Shown one piece after another: positions 39,059-51,442 of a stretch of 64,000 nucleotides of DNA (its first letter is position 1; every line of letters starts with the position of its first letter). The stretch is from Hypanus sabinus. Its lineage: Eukaryota. A program made the position numbers and the translations under genes. The notes under the pieces were generated by a model that saw nothing but the letters and a program-made list of their open reading frames with translations, searched no databases and was not told the DNA's origin. The stretch covers positions 25,482,001-25,546,000 of the forward strand of contig NC_082736.1 in the NCBI RefSeq assembly GCF_030144855.1. Direction: 5' to 3'.

Positions 39059-40941
39059 CATAAAATCCTCTCTCCCTTTCCCAAATCTTGTCATCTACCA
39101 TTTGCTTTGGTGGTGTTAATGGGGCATTTTGCTGTCTGCTGTTTTATTATGCTGGTTATATTTTCAAATCTCTCTTCTGATAAATATCTTTTGTTCTCGT
39201 TTGCTTTATTGAGATACAGCGCGGAATGGGCTCTTCGAGCCATGCCGCCCAGCAACCCCTGATTTACCCCTTGCCTGATCATGGGACTATTAACAATGAC
39301 CCATTAACCTACTAACCGGTCGGTCTTTGGACTGTGAGAGGAAATCGGTGCACCCAGAGGAAACTCACAACGGTAACGGGCAGAACGTTAAAAACTCCGT
39401 AACAGGCAGCGGCTGGAATTGAACCCTTTTTGCATGCACTGTAAAGCGCCGTNNNNNNNNNNNNNNNNNNNNNNNNNNNNNNNNNNNNNNNNNNNNNNNN
39501 NNNNNNNNNNNNNNNNNNNNNNNNNNNNNNNNNNNNNNNNNNNNNNNNNNNNNNNNNNNNNNNNNNNNNNNNNNNNNNNNNNNNNNNNNNNNNNNNNNNN
39601 NNNNNNNNNNNNNNNNNNNNNNNNNNNNNNNNNNNNNNNNNNNNNNNNNNNNTCCCCTCCTCTCCCCTTACACCTTCCCCTCCTCCTCCTCTCCCGTTAC
39701 ACCATCCCCTCCCCCTCCTCTCCCCTTACACCTTCCCCTCCCCCTCCTCTCCCCTTACACCTTCCCCTCGCCCTCCTCTCCCCGTACACCTCATAAAATC
39801 CTCTCTCCCTTTCCCAAATCTTGTCATCTACCATTTGCTTTGGTGGTGTTAATGGGGCATTTTGCTGTCTGCTGTTTTATTATGCTGGTTATATTTTCAA
39901 ATCTCTCTTCTGATAAATATCTTTTGTTCTCGTTTGCTTTATTGAGATACAGCGCGGAATGGGCTCTTCGAGCCATGCCGCCCAGCAACCCCTGATTTAC
40001 CCCTTGCCTGATCATGGGACTATTAACAATGACCCATTAACCTACTAACCGGTCGGTCTTTGGACTGTGAGAGGAAATCGGTGCACCCAGAGGAAACTCA
40101 CACGGTAACGGGCAGAACGTTAAAAACTCCGTACAGGCAGCGGCTGGAATTGAACCCTTTTTGCATGCACTGTAAAGCGCCGTGTTAACCATTACACTTC
40201 CGTGTCGTTACCACCACCCCTCCATTGGTTCCTAAAGGAATTCCAATGCTCTTTCTGAAAAATGCCTTTTCATTTCAGTTCAGTGTCTTTCTTTGCCAAG
40301 TTATCCGAGTGTCTCGAGCCCACTGTGGGACAGCTTTTCTTTCTCCGCGGAGTTTTGGATGATGCCTGGTTCTTTCTACTTCGGGCCATCTGCCGTGGGT
40401 CGGGGTGGGGTTTGGACGCTACCAGTCCCATTCTGCCGCCAGTAGTCCGATGGCGGGAGAGTTTTTAAACTGGAACCGGGGACGATCTTGGGAGACGGGA
40501 TCCAGTGGAAGGAGCAGTCGTCACAAACTGGGGTCTCCATTGTTTGCCGTGGAGGGCTAGCTATCTCTTATCATACCCCCCGCTCTCCACGGAGCATTGC
40601 GGAGACGTCTTCCTGGCTATTAGATCCCGTCTGCCCGTTGGAGCTGACTGGCGTGCCTCGAACACACTGGGGTACGAGGCCATCGGTTCCCCTCGCCTGG
40701 CTTAGCCCGCCTGTTGGAGCGGTGGCGCGGGGAGCGGCCGCTGTCACATGCCAGCAGCTGCTTGGAGCCACACGTGTGGTCCGAGTGTCCGGCAGTGCCC
40801 AAACTTTTCCCTGTGGTGGAGTCGGAGGCCAGTGGGTGGGGGGTTACTATAGCTGCCTTGGAGTGGGCACCGTGGGCCTGTCTCTGTGCTGTCTGGTGAT
40901 AATCTCTCTCATTTCGCCGCAGACGCACGCCTGCGGACAGG

Positions 40942-41064
40942 ATGTCGACATCGCAGAAGCACCGCAACTTCGTGGCTGAGCCCATGGGCGAGAAGTCGGT
41001 GAAGTGCCTGGCGGGGATCGGCGAGGCCCTCGGCCAGAGGCTGGAAAATCAGGGATTTCAGAAG
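40942..41064 (+). CDS. BANF1: BANF1 copy 1, first coding exon
   Basis: Acceptor cgcag at 40922; [41 protein letters not shown]|gtgagc. Confidence 0.97.
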
Positions 41065-43299
41065 GTGAGCAGTCCCCTCCCCCCCCCCCCCCCCCCGATC
41101 CCCTACCTCCCTCACTCGTTTACCCCCCTCCGGATCCTCCTGCAGAACTGAGGGTTCACTCAGTGGAAGTGGGAGGGCTGTTGCCCGTCTTGTCCTGGGT
41201 CAAATCTCCCTAAACTCTAAAGTACACTGGGGCTAACAGCAGGTCATTGGCGATTGGCTGTTGCTGCCGGTACAGAATGATGTGGACAGAGGTGTAGGAA
41301 TCTCCCTACACTGGGGCTAACAGCAGGCCATTAGCGATCGGTTGTTGCCACCGGTACCGAATGATGTGACAGAGGTGTCGGAATTTTTGATGGTTCAGAA
41401 GGTTCATTTCATTTTCAGAGTAAGCACGATACAACTCTAAGATCTGTCTTCTCCAGATAGCCAGGAAATACAGAAAGACACGAGAAAGAAAACGAAACAA
41501 AAACTTGCAAACCCCCCCCCCCCCGCACAAAAGCTAACAGACCGCCCGCCCCTGAAAACAGCAGCTTGAACATCAATCCGTAAACTCCTCCCTCGCAAAA
41601 ACATCTTAACATATCGGCCGCAAGGGGGAGGAAAAAACAGAGGCAGTAACATCGAATCCCAAAAAATTAACATAATAAAAATCTAACATATCATAGAAAA
41701 TCTAACATCACCTGTGTGGAGAAAGAGCAACAACAAGCCCCAATCCTCCACACCCTCCCCCTCACCCCCACCCCCACATAACTACTAACATTGTCCACAA
41801 GGACATCAAACCGCAACCCCCCCCCCGAACACCAAAGTTACCTGGGTAAGCTTCGTTCGGAGAGTGGGTGAGGGTGTGGGACGAGCTGCTGGCGAACGCG
41901 GTATTCAGAGGAATGAGAAGGGGCCATAGAAAGTTATGAGTTGTTGGGCAAGGTGGTCGGGAATGTCGTTTTCTCTGGTAAGTGGCACCAGAACGAGGGG
42001 ACATGTCCTATAGAGTCTAGGGGGCGCAGAACTTTGGCGAGATATACTGCTGCCAGAAAACCACAAACTTAACGCCATACGTCAGTGATTTGGAAGATCC
42101 TTTCTTGTTCAACGATAAAATCGGAGATGAGGAGGAACGACTTTTCCCCCTGCCGTCCAGAGAGGAATTGAATCTGTGGAATTCTCAAATTGGGTCGGGT
42201 GGGACTGGAACTCGAGGTCATGGGTGAAAGGTGAAATATTTGAGGGAACTCCTTCACTCAGAGGGTGGTGGGAGTGTGGAGCGAGACGCCAGTGGAACTG
42301 GTGGAGACGGGTTCCGTTTTAGCGACGTCTGGGGTCGGTGCGTTTGGGGAGGGGAGGGGCCAGCTGCAGATCGATGGGAATGGGCGGAGTAACAGTCGGG
42401 CATGGTCCACACGTTGTGGTGTGGTGCCACCATAGCAGACCATAAGGTATAGGAGCAGAAGTATGCCATTTGGCCCAAACATTCTGCTCTGCCATTCAAT
42501 CATGGGCTGATCCAATTCTTCCAGTCATCTCCACTCCCCTGGAAAGACTGCACCCAACAGGAGAAACAGCCCAATGTGGAAAAGTCAACGAACTGCGCAA
42601 ATGTCGGGGGGGAATAATCATAATAATAAATAAACAATAAATATCGAGAACGTGAGGTGAAGAGTCCTTGAAAGTGAGTCTTTAGGTTGTGGGAACAGTT
42701 CAGTGATGGGGCAAGTGTAGTTATCCCTTTTTGTTCAGGAGCCTGATGGCTGAGGGGTGATAACTGTGAGGAAGTCAGGGTTCCATTTGCATAAGCTCCC
42801 TCGACTTACTGAAACATTAAATTATGAGCGAGGAGGTAAAATGTTTTTCCCCCACTGCTAAGTGAGGCTAGAGCTAGGTGACGTAGGTTCAAGTTCCAAG
42901 GGAATAGACTTTGTACAGAGGTGAGGAGAATCGGCTTTTCTTAGAGTAGTGAATCTGGAATTCTCTGCCTGGGGAAGAAATAGAGGTACCCCATTAAATA
43001 GATTTACAACACAGTAAGATTTTTTTGTATAGCCAGAGAATTAAGGGTTATCGGGAAGAGGCATGCCCAGGTCAGNNNNNNNNNNNNNNNNNNNNNNNNN
43101 NNNNNNNNNNNNNNNNNNNNNNNNNNNNNNNNNNNNNNNNNNNNNNNNNNNNNNNNNNNNNNNNNNNNNNNNNNNNNNNNNNNNNNNNNNNNNNNNNNNN
43201 NNNNNNNNNNNNNNNNNNNNNNNNNNNNNNNNNNNNNNNNNNNNNNNNNNNNNNNNNNNNNNNNNNNNNNNNNNNNNNNNNNNNNNNNNNTGTGCGCCG

Positions 43300-43810
43300 T
43301 AATGAACTCTTGTTCGACGTTTCGGGCTAAGACCCTTCCTCAGGACTGGGGGGCGGTGAAGAGTGATGAGACGTCAGAATAAGAAGGTGGGGGTAGGGAT
43401 GGAAGACGTGCAAGGTGGTGGGTGATAGGTGAGAGAGAGAAAGGGCTGAAGGGGGAAATCTGATAGAAGACTGGAATGGATGGGGCAGCACCAGAGGGAG
43501 GTGATGAGCGAGTAAGGAAATGAGGTGAGAGAGAGGAATGGAGGGGGGGTATTACTGGAAGTTCAAGAAATCGAAGTTCATGCCATTAGGCTGAAAGCTA
43601 CCCAGTCGGAATATGAGGTGTTGCTCTTCCAAACTGAGTGGGCCTCATCACGGCCGCAGAGGAGGCCGTGGACTGGCACGTCGGAATGGGAGGTAGAATT
43701 GAAATAGGTGGCCACTGGGAGATCCCACTTTTTCTGGCGGACGGAGCGTAGGTGCTCGACGAAGCAATCCCCAATCTGTGTCGGGTCTCGCCGATACACC
43801 GGAGGCCACC
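43300..43810 (-). mobile_element. Penelope-like GIY-YIG fragment (duplicated at ~53750-54262)
   Basis: QIGDCFVEHLRSVRQKKWDLPVATYFNSTSHSD..HGLLCGRDEA. Confidence 0.75.
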
Positions 43811-44257
43811 GCGTACAGTAAATGATCCACTGACGTGATCTTATTTAGTTATGGAGCAGGTTTGACTGATCAGGTGGCCAACACCTGCTTGTCTTTGCCT
43901 GAAAGCTATTTCTCAGATACTCAAACCACCCCATCTGGCACCAACAATCATTCCACGGTCAAAGTCAGTCAGATCATATTTCTTCCCCATTCTGAACAAC
44001 CAAACCTCTTTGACCATGTCTGCATGCTTTTATGCCTCAATGCTGTCACCTGATTGGCTGATTCGGTATTTGCACTAATGTTGTGGGGGTGTTGGGAGCA
44101 GGCATGTGGGGTTTGTAAGATATTTGTCTCCTTTACGGTTTGCCTCACCAACAAGCCTGAGCCGGCTAAGTTGTGCCGTTCCAAACTGGCTGAGAGGCTC
44201 CGGATAGTGGAGAGTTCTGCTTTGTACGCTAGCTTGTTTACGGGAGCAGTGTGCTGA

Positions 44258-44289
<32 letters not shown>

Positions 44290-44302
44290 CCTCCCTCTCT
44301 AG

Positions 44303-44449
44303 GCGTCTGCGGTGCTGGGCCAATATCTGGTCCTGAACAAGGACGAGGGGATGTTCAAGGAGTGGCTGAGTGACACCTGCCAGGCCAATTCCAAGCAAAG
44401 CAGCGACTGCCACACCTGCTTGCGGGAGTGGAGCGACGCCTTCCTGTAA
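44303..44449 (+). CDS. BANF1: BANF1 copy 1, last coding exon (89-aa product)
   Basis: (ct)n tract then tag|; [48 protein letters not shown]. Confidence 0.97.
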   Translation, partial: ASAVLGQYLVLNKDEGMFKEWLSDTCQANSKQSSDCHTCLREWSDAFL

Positions 44450-44955
44450 TCTCGCCCCCTGACCCCCATCCCTCCCACACCCCCTCCTTCTCAGAGTGAA
44501 ATCGGCCCACCCAGCTCATTTGGTTCGGTCCTTGTGCTCCCTTAACTACTGAAGCCACTAGGAGGGCCGGGCTGTGAACCGGAGAGCACGGGAAGGGTTG
44601 CCCTCTTCCCCTGCCACTACTCATCACACCCTCCTGAGCCAAGACGTTGGATATTCTTAGCGTGAGGTTTTTTTTTAAAACCTTCCCCCCTCCCCTCCAC
44701 TACCCACCCCTGTGCTGAAAATGAGTAATCTGCCCTGTGACGGGTCACACAGAGTGAGGCTTTCATTTCGATTGTGCCACGAACCAGTTCTCGTTTTCTC
44801 TCTCTCTCTGCTTGAAGATCCATTCCAGAGGCCACACTGAGTTCTGAACTGCGACTCTCATTATTTCAAGCCCGCCATCCTCCTTCCCGCTCCCATGACT
44901 GCGCTGGGTGTTGAGACTCAACTTCACTGTAGAAATTGTTCTTAAATTTTATATG

Positions 44956-44961
44956 AATAAA
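44956..44961 (+). terminator. BANF1 copy 1 polyadenylation signal
   Basis: aataaa followed by GT-rich sequence. Confidence 0.7.
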
Positions 44962-46869
44962 TAAGTCTGTGTTGCTCTGGAATATTCTCATTGCTCCTCT
45001 TAGCCGGCCTTTTTGGTAGTGGCATCAGTACCGGACTCTGAGGCGAGCGGTCGAATCCGGTCGGCTCCTTGCACGCTTTCCATTAATGAGTGTTGGGCAA
45101 GCAACTCGGCCTCGTAAAAAAAAAATAGACGAAAATGCTAAAGAAATGGCGAGGTTGCTGCCTGATGTGCGGAAGAGGACAGCAAATCTGTCAGGCGATG
45201 TTTTAGGAAGAATTTCAAAGAGTCAAAGTACATGCACATTTATGAAAGTACATTTATTATACAGTCTGAGACAGCCACCAAACAAAAACACCATGGAAAA
45301 ACCCTTCCATTACGCAAACCCCACCCCACCCCCCCCGCACGTGGAAACAGCATTAACAACGAAAAACAACAACACAGTATAAAATGCAAAATCAAAAGAG
45401 TCCAGGTATATTCAGTTCAGCTCAGTGTCCGTTACCTGCAGGCCACCCCAATTCAAAGTCGCCCAAAACAGCAACGTCAAAAAAAATTGGCCAGAAACGG
45501 GTCATAACATGAACCACAAATCCACAAATGGCATCAATCAAATTTGCCCAAGAACACTTCCGTCGTCTGATTTCTGAACTGACACAATAACACAATATTT
45601 TTGGTCTCTTTTTCCCCCACACACATATAATGAGTTGTGGCTAACGGAGACTTAAAGAGTAGATACGAGATAGGACACCTTCCACTCACTCGGGACAGGA
45701 GACCGTTGCTGATGTGAGAAGGTCTGTGGACGCCGGGACCCCAAGGCCGCACACACAAAACGCTGGAGGAGCTCGGCAGGTCAGGCTGCATCTATGGGGA
45801 AGAGTGAACCAAAGAGTCTCGTTGAAGGGTCTTGGCCCGAAACGGTGACTGTTTGATTTTTCCATGGGTACTGCCTGGCCTGCGGAGGAGACTCCCCTTG
45901 GAGTCTGTGCAGTAACATTTAGCATGCGCCAGATAGATTCCTCTGTCAATAACTATTAGGAACTAAAACACAATTTTAAGATACTGTAGTAGTGTTCTGA
46001 ATTTAATTTGTTACTCAGTTAAATCGTAGTTTCAAGCAACACACACAAAATGCTGGTGGAACGCAGTAGGCCAGGCAGCATCTATAGGGAGAAGTACAGT
46101 CGAAGTTTCGGGCCGAGACCCTTCGTCAGGACTAAATGACAGGAAAGATAGAGACTTGAAGGTAGTGGAGGGAGGGAAAAATGCGGTTGGTTTGTTTTAT
46201 ACCTTTTTACTACTTCCATGAAATTTCGGCTAACTGGGGCAAAATGTTCTGGTCCTGGCATGTCCCAATTAACTGGAATCTGCTGTGTTTCCTCTTGCAA
46301 TTTACAGTGTTGTGCTGTTGCTGCTTCTGCATATCAAATTTCACAGCGCGCACCAGTAATATTAAACCCGATTCAGTTCCGTAGGTGGAATGGCGTGCTT
46401 GTAGTCTCAATTAACTCTCACATGGAGTTCTCTGTCACCCTCCCCCCCCCCCAAAGCTGTAACGGTTGGAGGGTGCATTTTGTTGTCAAAGTATGCATGT
46501 GCAGTACAACTCTGATAATCGTCTTCTCCAGATGCCCATGAAATACAGAAAAACCATGGGAGTTGAAAGGAAATACATCAATTCTCCCCCCCCCCCCCGG
46601 ATGGAACAGAAAGACAAGAAAAAACCAAAACCCCCACCCCTCCTTCGCAGAAAAAGCTAAGATTCCGCCCCCTCCCCATGGAAAATGGCAGCCGGAATAT
46701 CAAAAGCCCAACCTCCCCCCCACCCCTCCCTTGCACACAGAAAACTGACAGTTAAAAATTAGTTTTCAAATAAGAACAAGATTCTCAGTGTTGGGTGGCA
46801 TCAACGGAGGAAGAAACCATTGAAAGTTTTCGTGCCTGAAGCTCTTCATCCTGACGAAGACCACTTGTG

Positions 46870-47208
46870 CATGCCATCTTGGACAATGACTCCCATCCAC
46901 TCCATACTGTACTGGTTAGGCACAGGAGTACATTCAGCCAGAGACCCATTCCACCGAGATGCAACACTGAGCGACATAGGAAGTCATTCCTAGCTGTGGC
47001 CATCAAACTTTACAACTCCTCCCTCGGAGTGTCAGACACCCTGAGCCAATAGGCTGGTCCTGGACTTATTTCCACGGCATGATTTACTTATTATTATTTA
47101 ATTATTTATGGTTTTATATTGCTATATTTCTACACTATTCTTGGTTGGTGCAACTGTAACGAAACCCAGTTTCCCTCAGGATCAATAAAGTACGTCTGTC
47201 TGTCTGTT
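46870..47208 (+). mobile_element. Rex1/Babar-like 3' fragment (duplicated at ~57324-57662)
   Basis: HAILDNDSHPLH...AIKLYNSS; (tctg)n tail; ttgtg flanking duplication. Confidence 0.85.
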
Positions 47209-47749
47209 TTGTGTCTGTGGTGGAAGTCATCTGCGAGACACTGAAGCTGGTGATAAAAGAATTCTTTATTCATCAGCAGAAGCGGGCAGATCCTCTCGGC
47301 CGAGGCTCACCGGCTGAAAAGACCATCACCCTGAAGATCAAAGTTAACGGTAGGTGGCTCAATTAAACCTCAGCAGTTACAGTGATGTGGTTCGCTCCAG
47401 CACTCTGGGTGGACTGAGTTGCGTATCTACAGTAGGAGACACCTCAGAATGTTCAAATGCCTTTGCCAGGATAAAATAATTGCAAGCTTCCCTGAACTTA
47501 TTTACAATGGTGCTAATTATTTAGTACAAGACAGGAACAGGCCATTCGGCCCACAATGTTGTGCTGGACCAGCTAAAAAACAAAGCATCCAAACACTAAT
47601 TCCTCCTACCTACACTGTGTTCATATCCCTCCATCTTCCTCACATCCACGTGCTTATCCAAACGTCTCTCAAAAAGCATCTATCACCATAACAGGCATTC
47701 ACCTCTCTGAGTAAAAAACTTACCCCTCACCCCCCCCCCCACCTTCAAT

Positions 47750-47965
47750 GGCTACCCAAACGGTATATAAGGTGTTGTTCCTCCAACCTGAGTGTGGCTT
47801 CATCTTGACAGTAGCGGAGGCCGTGGATAGACGTATCAGAATGGGAATGGGACGTGGAATTAAAATGTGTGGCCACTGGGCGATCCTGCTTTCTCTGGAG
47901 GACCGAGCGTAGGCGTTCAGCGAAACGGTCTCCCAGTCTGCGTCGGGTCTCACCGATATATAAAA
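47750..47965 (-). mobile_element. Penelope-like GIY-YIG fragment (duplicated at ~58205-58420)
   Basis: LYIGETRRRLGDRFAERLRSV...PVATHFNSTSHSHSDTSIHGLRYCQDEATLRLEEQHLIYRLGS. Confidence 0.85.
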
Positions 47966-48849
47966 GGATATATGAATCCCACAGATTCACCACCCTCTGG
48001 CTAAATGCAGGTTTAAACGGATGGTTGATGGTCAGCACAGGCTCGGCGAGCCGAGGAACCTGCTTCTATGCTGAATCTCTCTGGATAATACAAGTTTGGG
48101 GAGGGAATTCTCGAGTTACACCACACGACTCGTGCACAGCAGAGAAAATTCGGGGACTCTGCCTTTTCTCTTTTAAGCGGCAGAAGATGAGAGGTGTATA
48201 GGATGATGAGAGGCATTGATCGTGTGGATAGTCATAGAGGCTTTTTTTCCCAGGGCTGGAATGGCTAACACGAGGGGGCACAGTTTTAAGGTGCTTGGAA
48301 GTAGGTACAGAGGAGTAAATTTTTTACTCAGAGAGTGGTGAGTGCTTGGAAGTAGGTACATAGGAGTAAATTTTTTACTCAGAGTGTGGTGAGTGCTTGG
48401 AATGGGCTGCCGGCGACGGTGGTGGAAGCAGATACGATAGGGTCTTTTAAGAGACTCCTGGACAGGTACATGGAGCTTAGAACAATAGTGAGCTATGGGC
48501 AAGCCTAGGTAATTTCTAAAGTAAATACATGTTCGACACAGCTTTGTGGGCCGAAGGGTCTGTATTGCGCTGTGGGTTTTATATGTTTCTAGGTTCTAAA
48601 AGGAGGAGGCACAAGCGACCGGGACTTCAAGAGCATGGGGCGAGGAAGATGTGGGAAAACCTCCGAGGGATTTGCAGGTGGGGATGAGGAGCGCTGGCGG
48701 AGAAACGAGCCGGGAGAAGGGGACAGGCAGGTCTGAGATCGCAGGGAACCGGCACAGTCCCTTCGTCAGGGAGCGAACGTGAGGGTCCGAGATCCGGGGT
48801 TGGGGGGTGGAGGGAGCTGAGGCCGAGGATGGTCCCGTCTATCAGGCCT

Positions 48850-49432
48850 GGTTGGGTCAGTCTGGCCCGGAGGGCCGAAGGGAATTCAACCCCCATCCCC
48901 TCGCTGCCGCCTCATCCCCCACCTGCCCCCTTCCGCCATGCTCCTTCAGCAGTACTTCCGGTCCATCCTCAATCGTCTTCCCACCTACTTCCGCCCCCAA
49001 TACTAAACCCTTTCGGGACGGAGAGGAGGGGCTGCGGTTTTCCACCTCAGACCCTAGTAATTATCGGGGAGGGTGAGAGAGGGAGCGGGGCAGGAGGAGT
49101 GGATGGAGGAAACGAAAAGGAAGGGGGCTGGAAGTTTCGCCGTCCGGAACGACTGATAGGCGCACACACACAGGGAGGCGGGGGAAGGGGAAGCTATAAA
49201 GCGGCGGACCGGCCGGCGATCGTGACCCAGAAGCAGTCGGTTGGCGGGATCGGAGGTGGGTGAGGAGGGAGCGTGGAGGAGCGCCCGGGGTTGCGGGATT
49301 CGAGGGAGCGTCTGCGGGGGGGTAGTTTGGTTGCAACCGGGGTGGTCGTAGATTAGGAGGGGCCGGTCGTGCCGGTGGGTGTAACGTGGACCTGGGCTGC
49401 GAGGCTTCCTTCCCCCTCCCTCCCTCCCTCTG
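48850..49432. promoter_or_regulatory. Duplicated bidirectional promoter P2 (BANF1 copy 2)
   Basis: Near-identical to P1; TATAAA 49195-49200. Confidence 0.8.
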
Positions 49433-50292
49433 TACACCTTCCCCTCCTCTCCCCTTACACCATCCCCTCCCCCTCCTCTCCCCTTACACCATCCTCTCCC
49501 TTTACACCTTCCCCTCCTCCTCCTCTCCCTGTACACCTTCCCCTCCCCCTCCTCTCCCCTTACACCTTCCCCTCCCCCCCCTCTCTCCGTACACCTTCCC
49601 CTCCCCCTCCTCTCCCCTTACACCTTCCCCTCCCCCTCCTCTCCCCTTACACCATCCCCTTCCCCTCCTCTCCCCTTACACCATCCCCTTCCCCTCCTCT
49701 CCCCTTACACCATCCCCTTCCCCTCCTCTCCCCTTACACCATCCCCTTCCCCTCCTCTCCCCTTACACCATCCCCTCCCCCTCCTCTCCCCTAACGCCAT
49801 CCCCTCCCCCTCCTCTCCCCTAACGCCATCCCCTCCCCCTCCTCTCCCCTTACGCCATCCCCTCCCCCTCCTCTCCCCTTACGCCATCCCCTCCCCCTCC
49901 TCTCCCCTTACGCCATCCCCTCCCCCTCCTCTCCCCTTACGCCATCCCCTCCCCCTCCTCTCCCCTTACGCCATCCCCTCCCCCTCCTCTCCCCTTACGC
50001 CATCCCCTCCCCCTCCTCTCCCCTTACGCCATCCCCTCCCCCTCCTCTCCCCTTACGCCATCCCCTCCCCCTCCTCTCCCCTTACGCCATCCCCTCCCCC
50101 TCCTCTCCCCTTACGCCATCCCCTCCCCCTCCTCTCCCCTTACACCATCCCCTTCCCCTCCTCTCCCCTTACACCTTCCCCTCCTCCTCCTCTCCCGTTA
50201 CACCATCCCCTCCCCCTCCTCTCCCCTTACACCTTCCCCTCCCCCTCCTCTCCCCTTACACCTTCCCCTCGCCCTCCTCTCCCCGTACACCT
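49432..50292. repeat. 29-bp C-rich minisatellite (VNTR2)
   Basis: Same unit as VNTR1, with a block of tacgccat variants. Confidence 0.95.
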
Positions 50293-51442
50293 CATAAAAT
50301 CCTCTCTCCCTTTCCCAAATCTTGTCATCTACCATTTGCTTTGGTGGTGTTAATGGGGCATTTTGCTGTCTGCTGTTTTATTATGCTGGTTATATTTTCA
50401 AATCTCTCTTCTGATAAATATCTTTTGTTCTCGTTTGCTTTATTGAGATACAGCGCGGAATGGGCTCTTCGAGCCATGCCGCCCAGCAACCCCTGATTTA
50501 CCCCTTGCCTGATCATGGGACTATTAACAATGACCCATTAACCTACTAACCGGTCGGTCTTTGGACTGTGAGAGGAAATCGGTGCACCCAGAGGAAACTC
50601 ACACGGTAACGGGCAGAACGTTAAAAACTCCGTACAGGCAGCGGCTGGAATTGAACCCTTTTTGCATGCACTGTAAAGCGCCGTGTTAACCATTACACTT
50701 CCGTGTCGTTACCACCACCCCTCCATTGGTTCCTAAAGGAATTCCAATGCTCTTTCTGAAAAATGCCTTTTCATTTCAGTTCAGTGTCTTTCTTTGCCAA
50801 GTTATCCGAGTGTCTCGAGCCCACTGTGGGACAGCTTTTCTTTCTCCGCGGAGTTTTGGATGATGCCTGGTTCTTTCTACTTCGGGCCATCTGCCGTGGG
50901 TCGGGGTGGGGTTTGGACGCTACCAGTCCCATTCTGCCGCCAGTAGTCCGATGGCGGGAGAGTTTTTAAACTGGAACCGGGGACGATCTTGGGAGACGGG
51001 ATCCAGTGGAAGGAGCAGTCGTCACAAACTGGGGTCTCCATTGTTTGCCGTGGAGGGCTAGCTATCTCTTATCATACCCCCCGCTCTCCACGGAGCATTG
51101 CGGAGACGTCTTCCTGGCTATTAGATCCCGTCTGCCCGTTGGAGCTGACTGGCGTGCCTCGAACACACTGGGGTACGAGGCCATCGGTTCCCCTCGCCTG
51201 GCTTAGCCCGCCTGTTGGAGCGGTGGCGCGGGGAGCGGCCGCTGTCACATGCCAGCAGCTGCTTGGAGCCACACGTGTGGTCCGAGTGTCCGGCAGTGCC
51301 CAAACTTTTCCCTGTGGTGGAGTCGGAGGCCAGTGGGTGGGGGGTTACTATAGCTGCCTTGGAGTGGGCACCGTGGGCCTGTCTCTGTGCTGTCTGGTGA
51401 TAATCTCTCTCATTTCGCCGCAGACGCACGCCTGCGGACAGG

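Noticed and set aside
38126-39262. Long Pro/Ser/Leu-rich ORFs (378 aa, 306 aa; also at 49369 and 59843)
   Set aside because: They are translations of the stop-poor C-rich 29-bp minisatellite in BANF1 intron 1, open in several frames
38900-40183. Real 733-bp tandem duplication
   Set aside because: It flanks an exactly 200-N gap, has contig-end style indels and is absent from unit 2; most likely an assembly overlap
43025-43330. ORFs running through N-gaps (also at 36002, 39419, 53523)
   Set aside because: Artefacts of translating N runs
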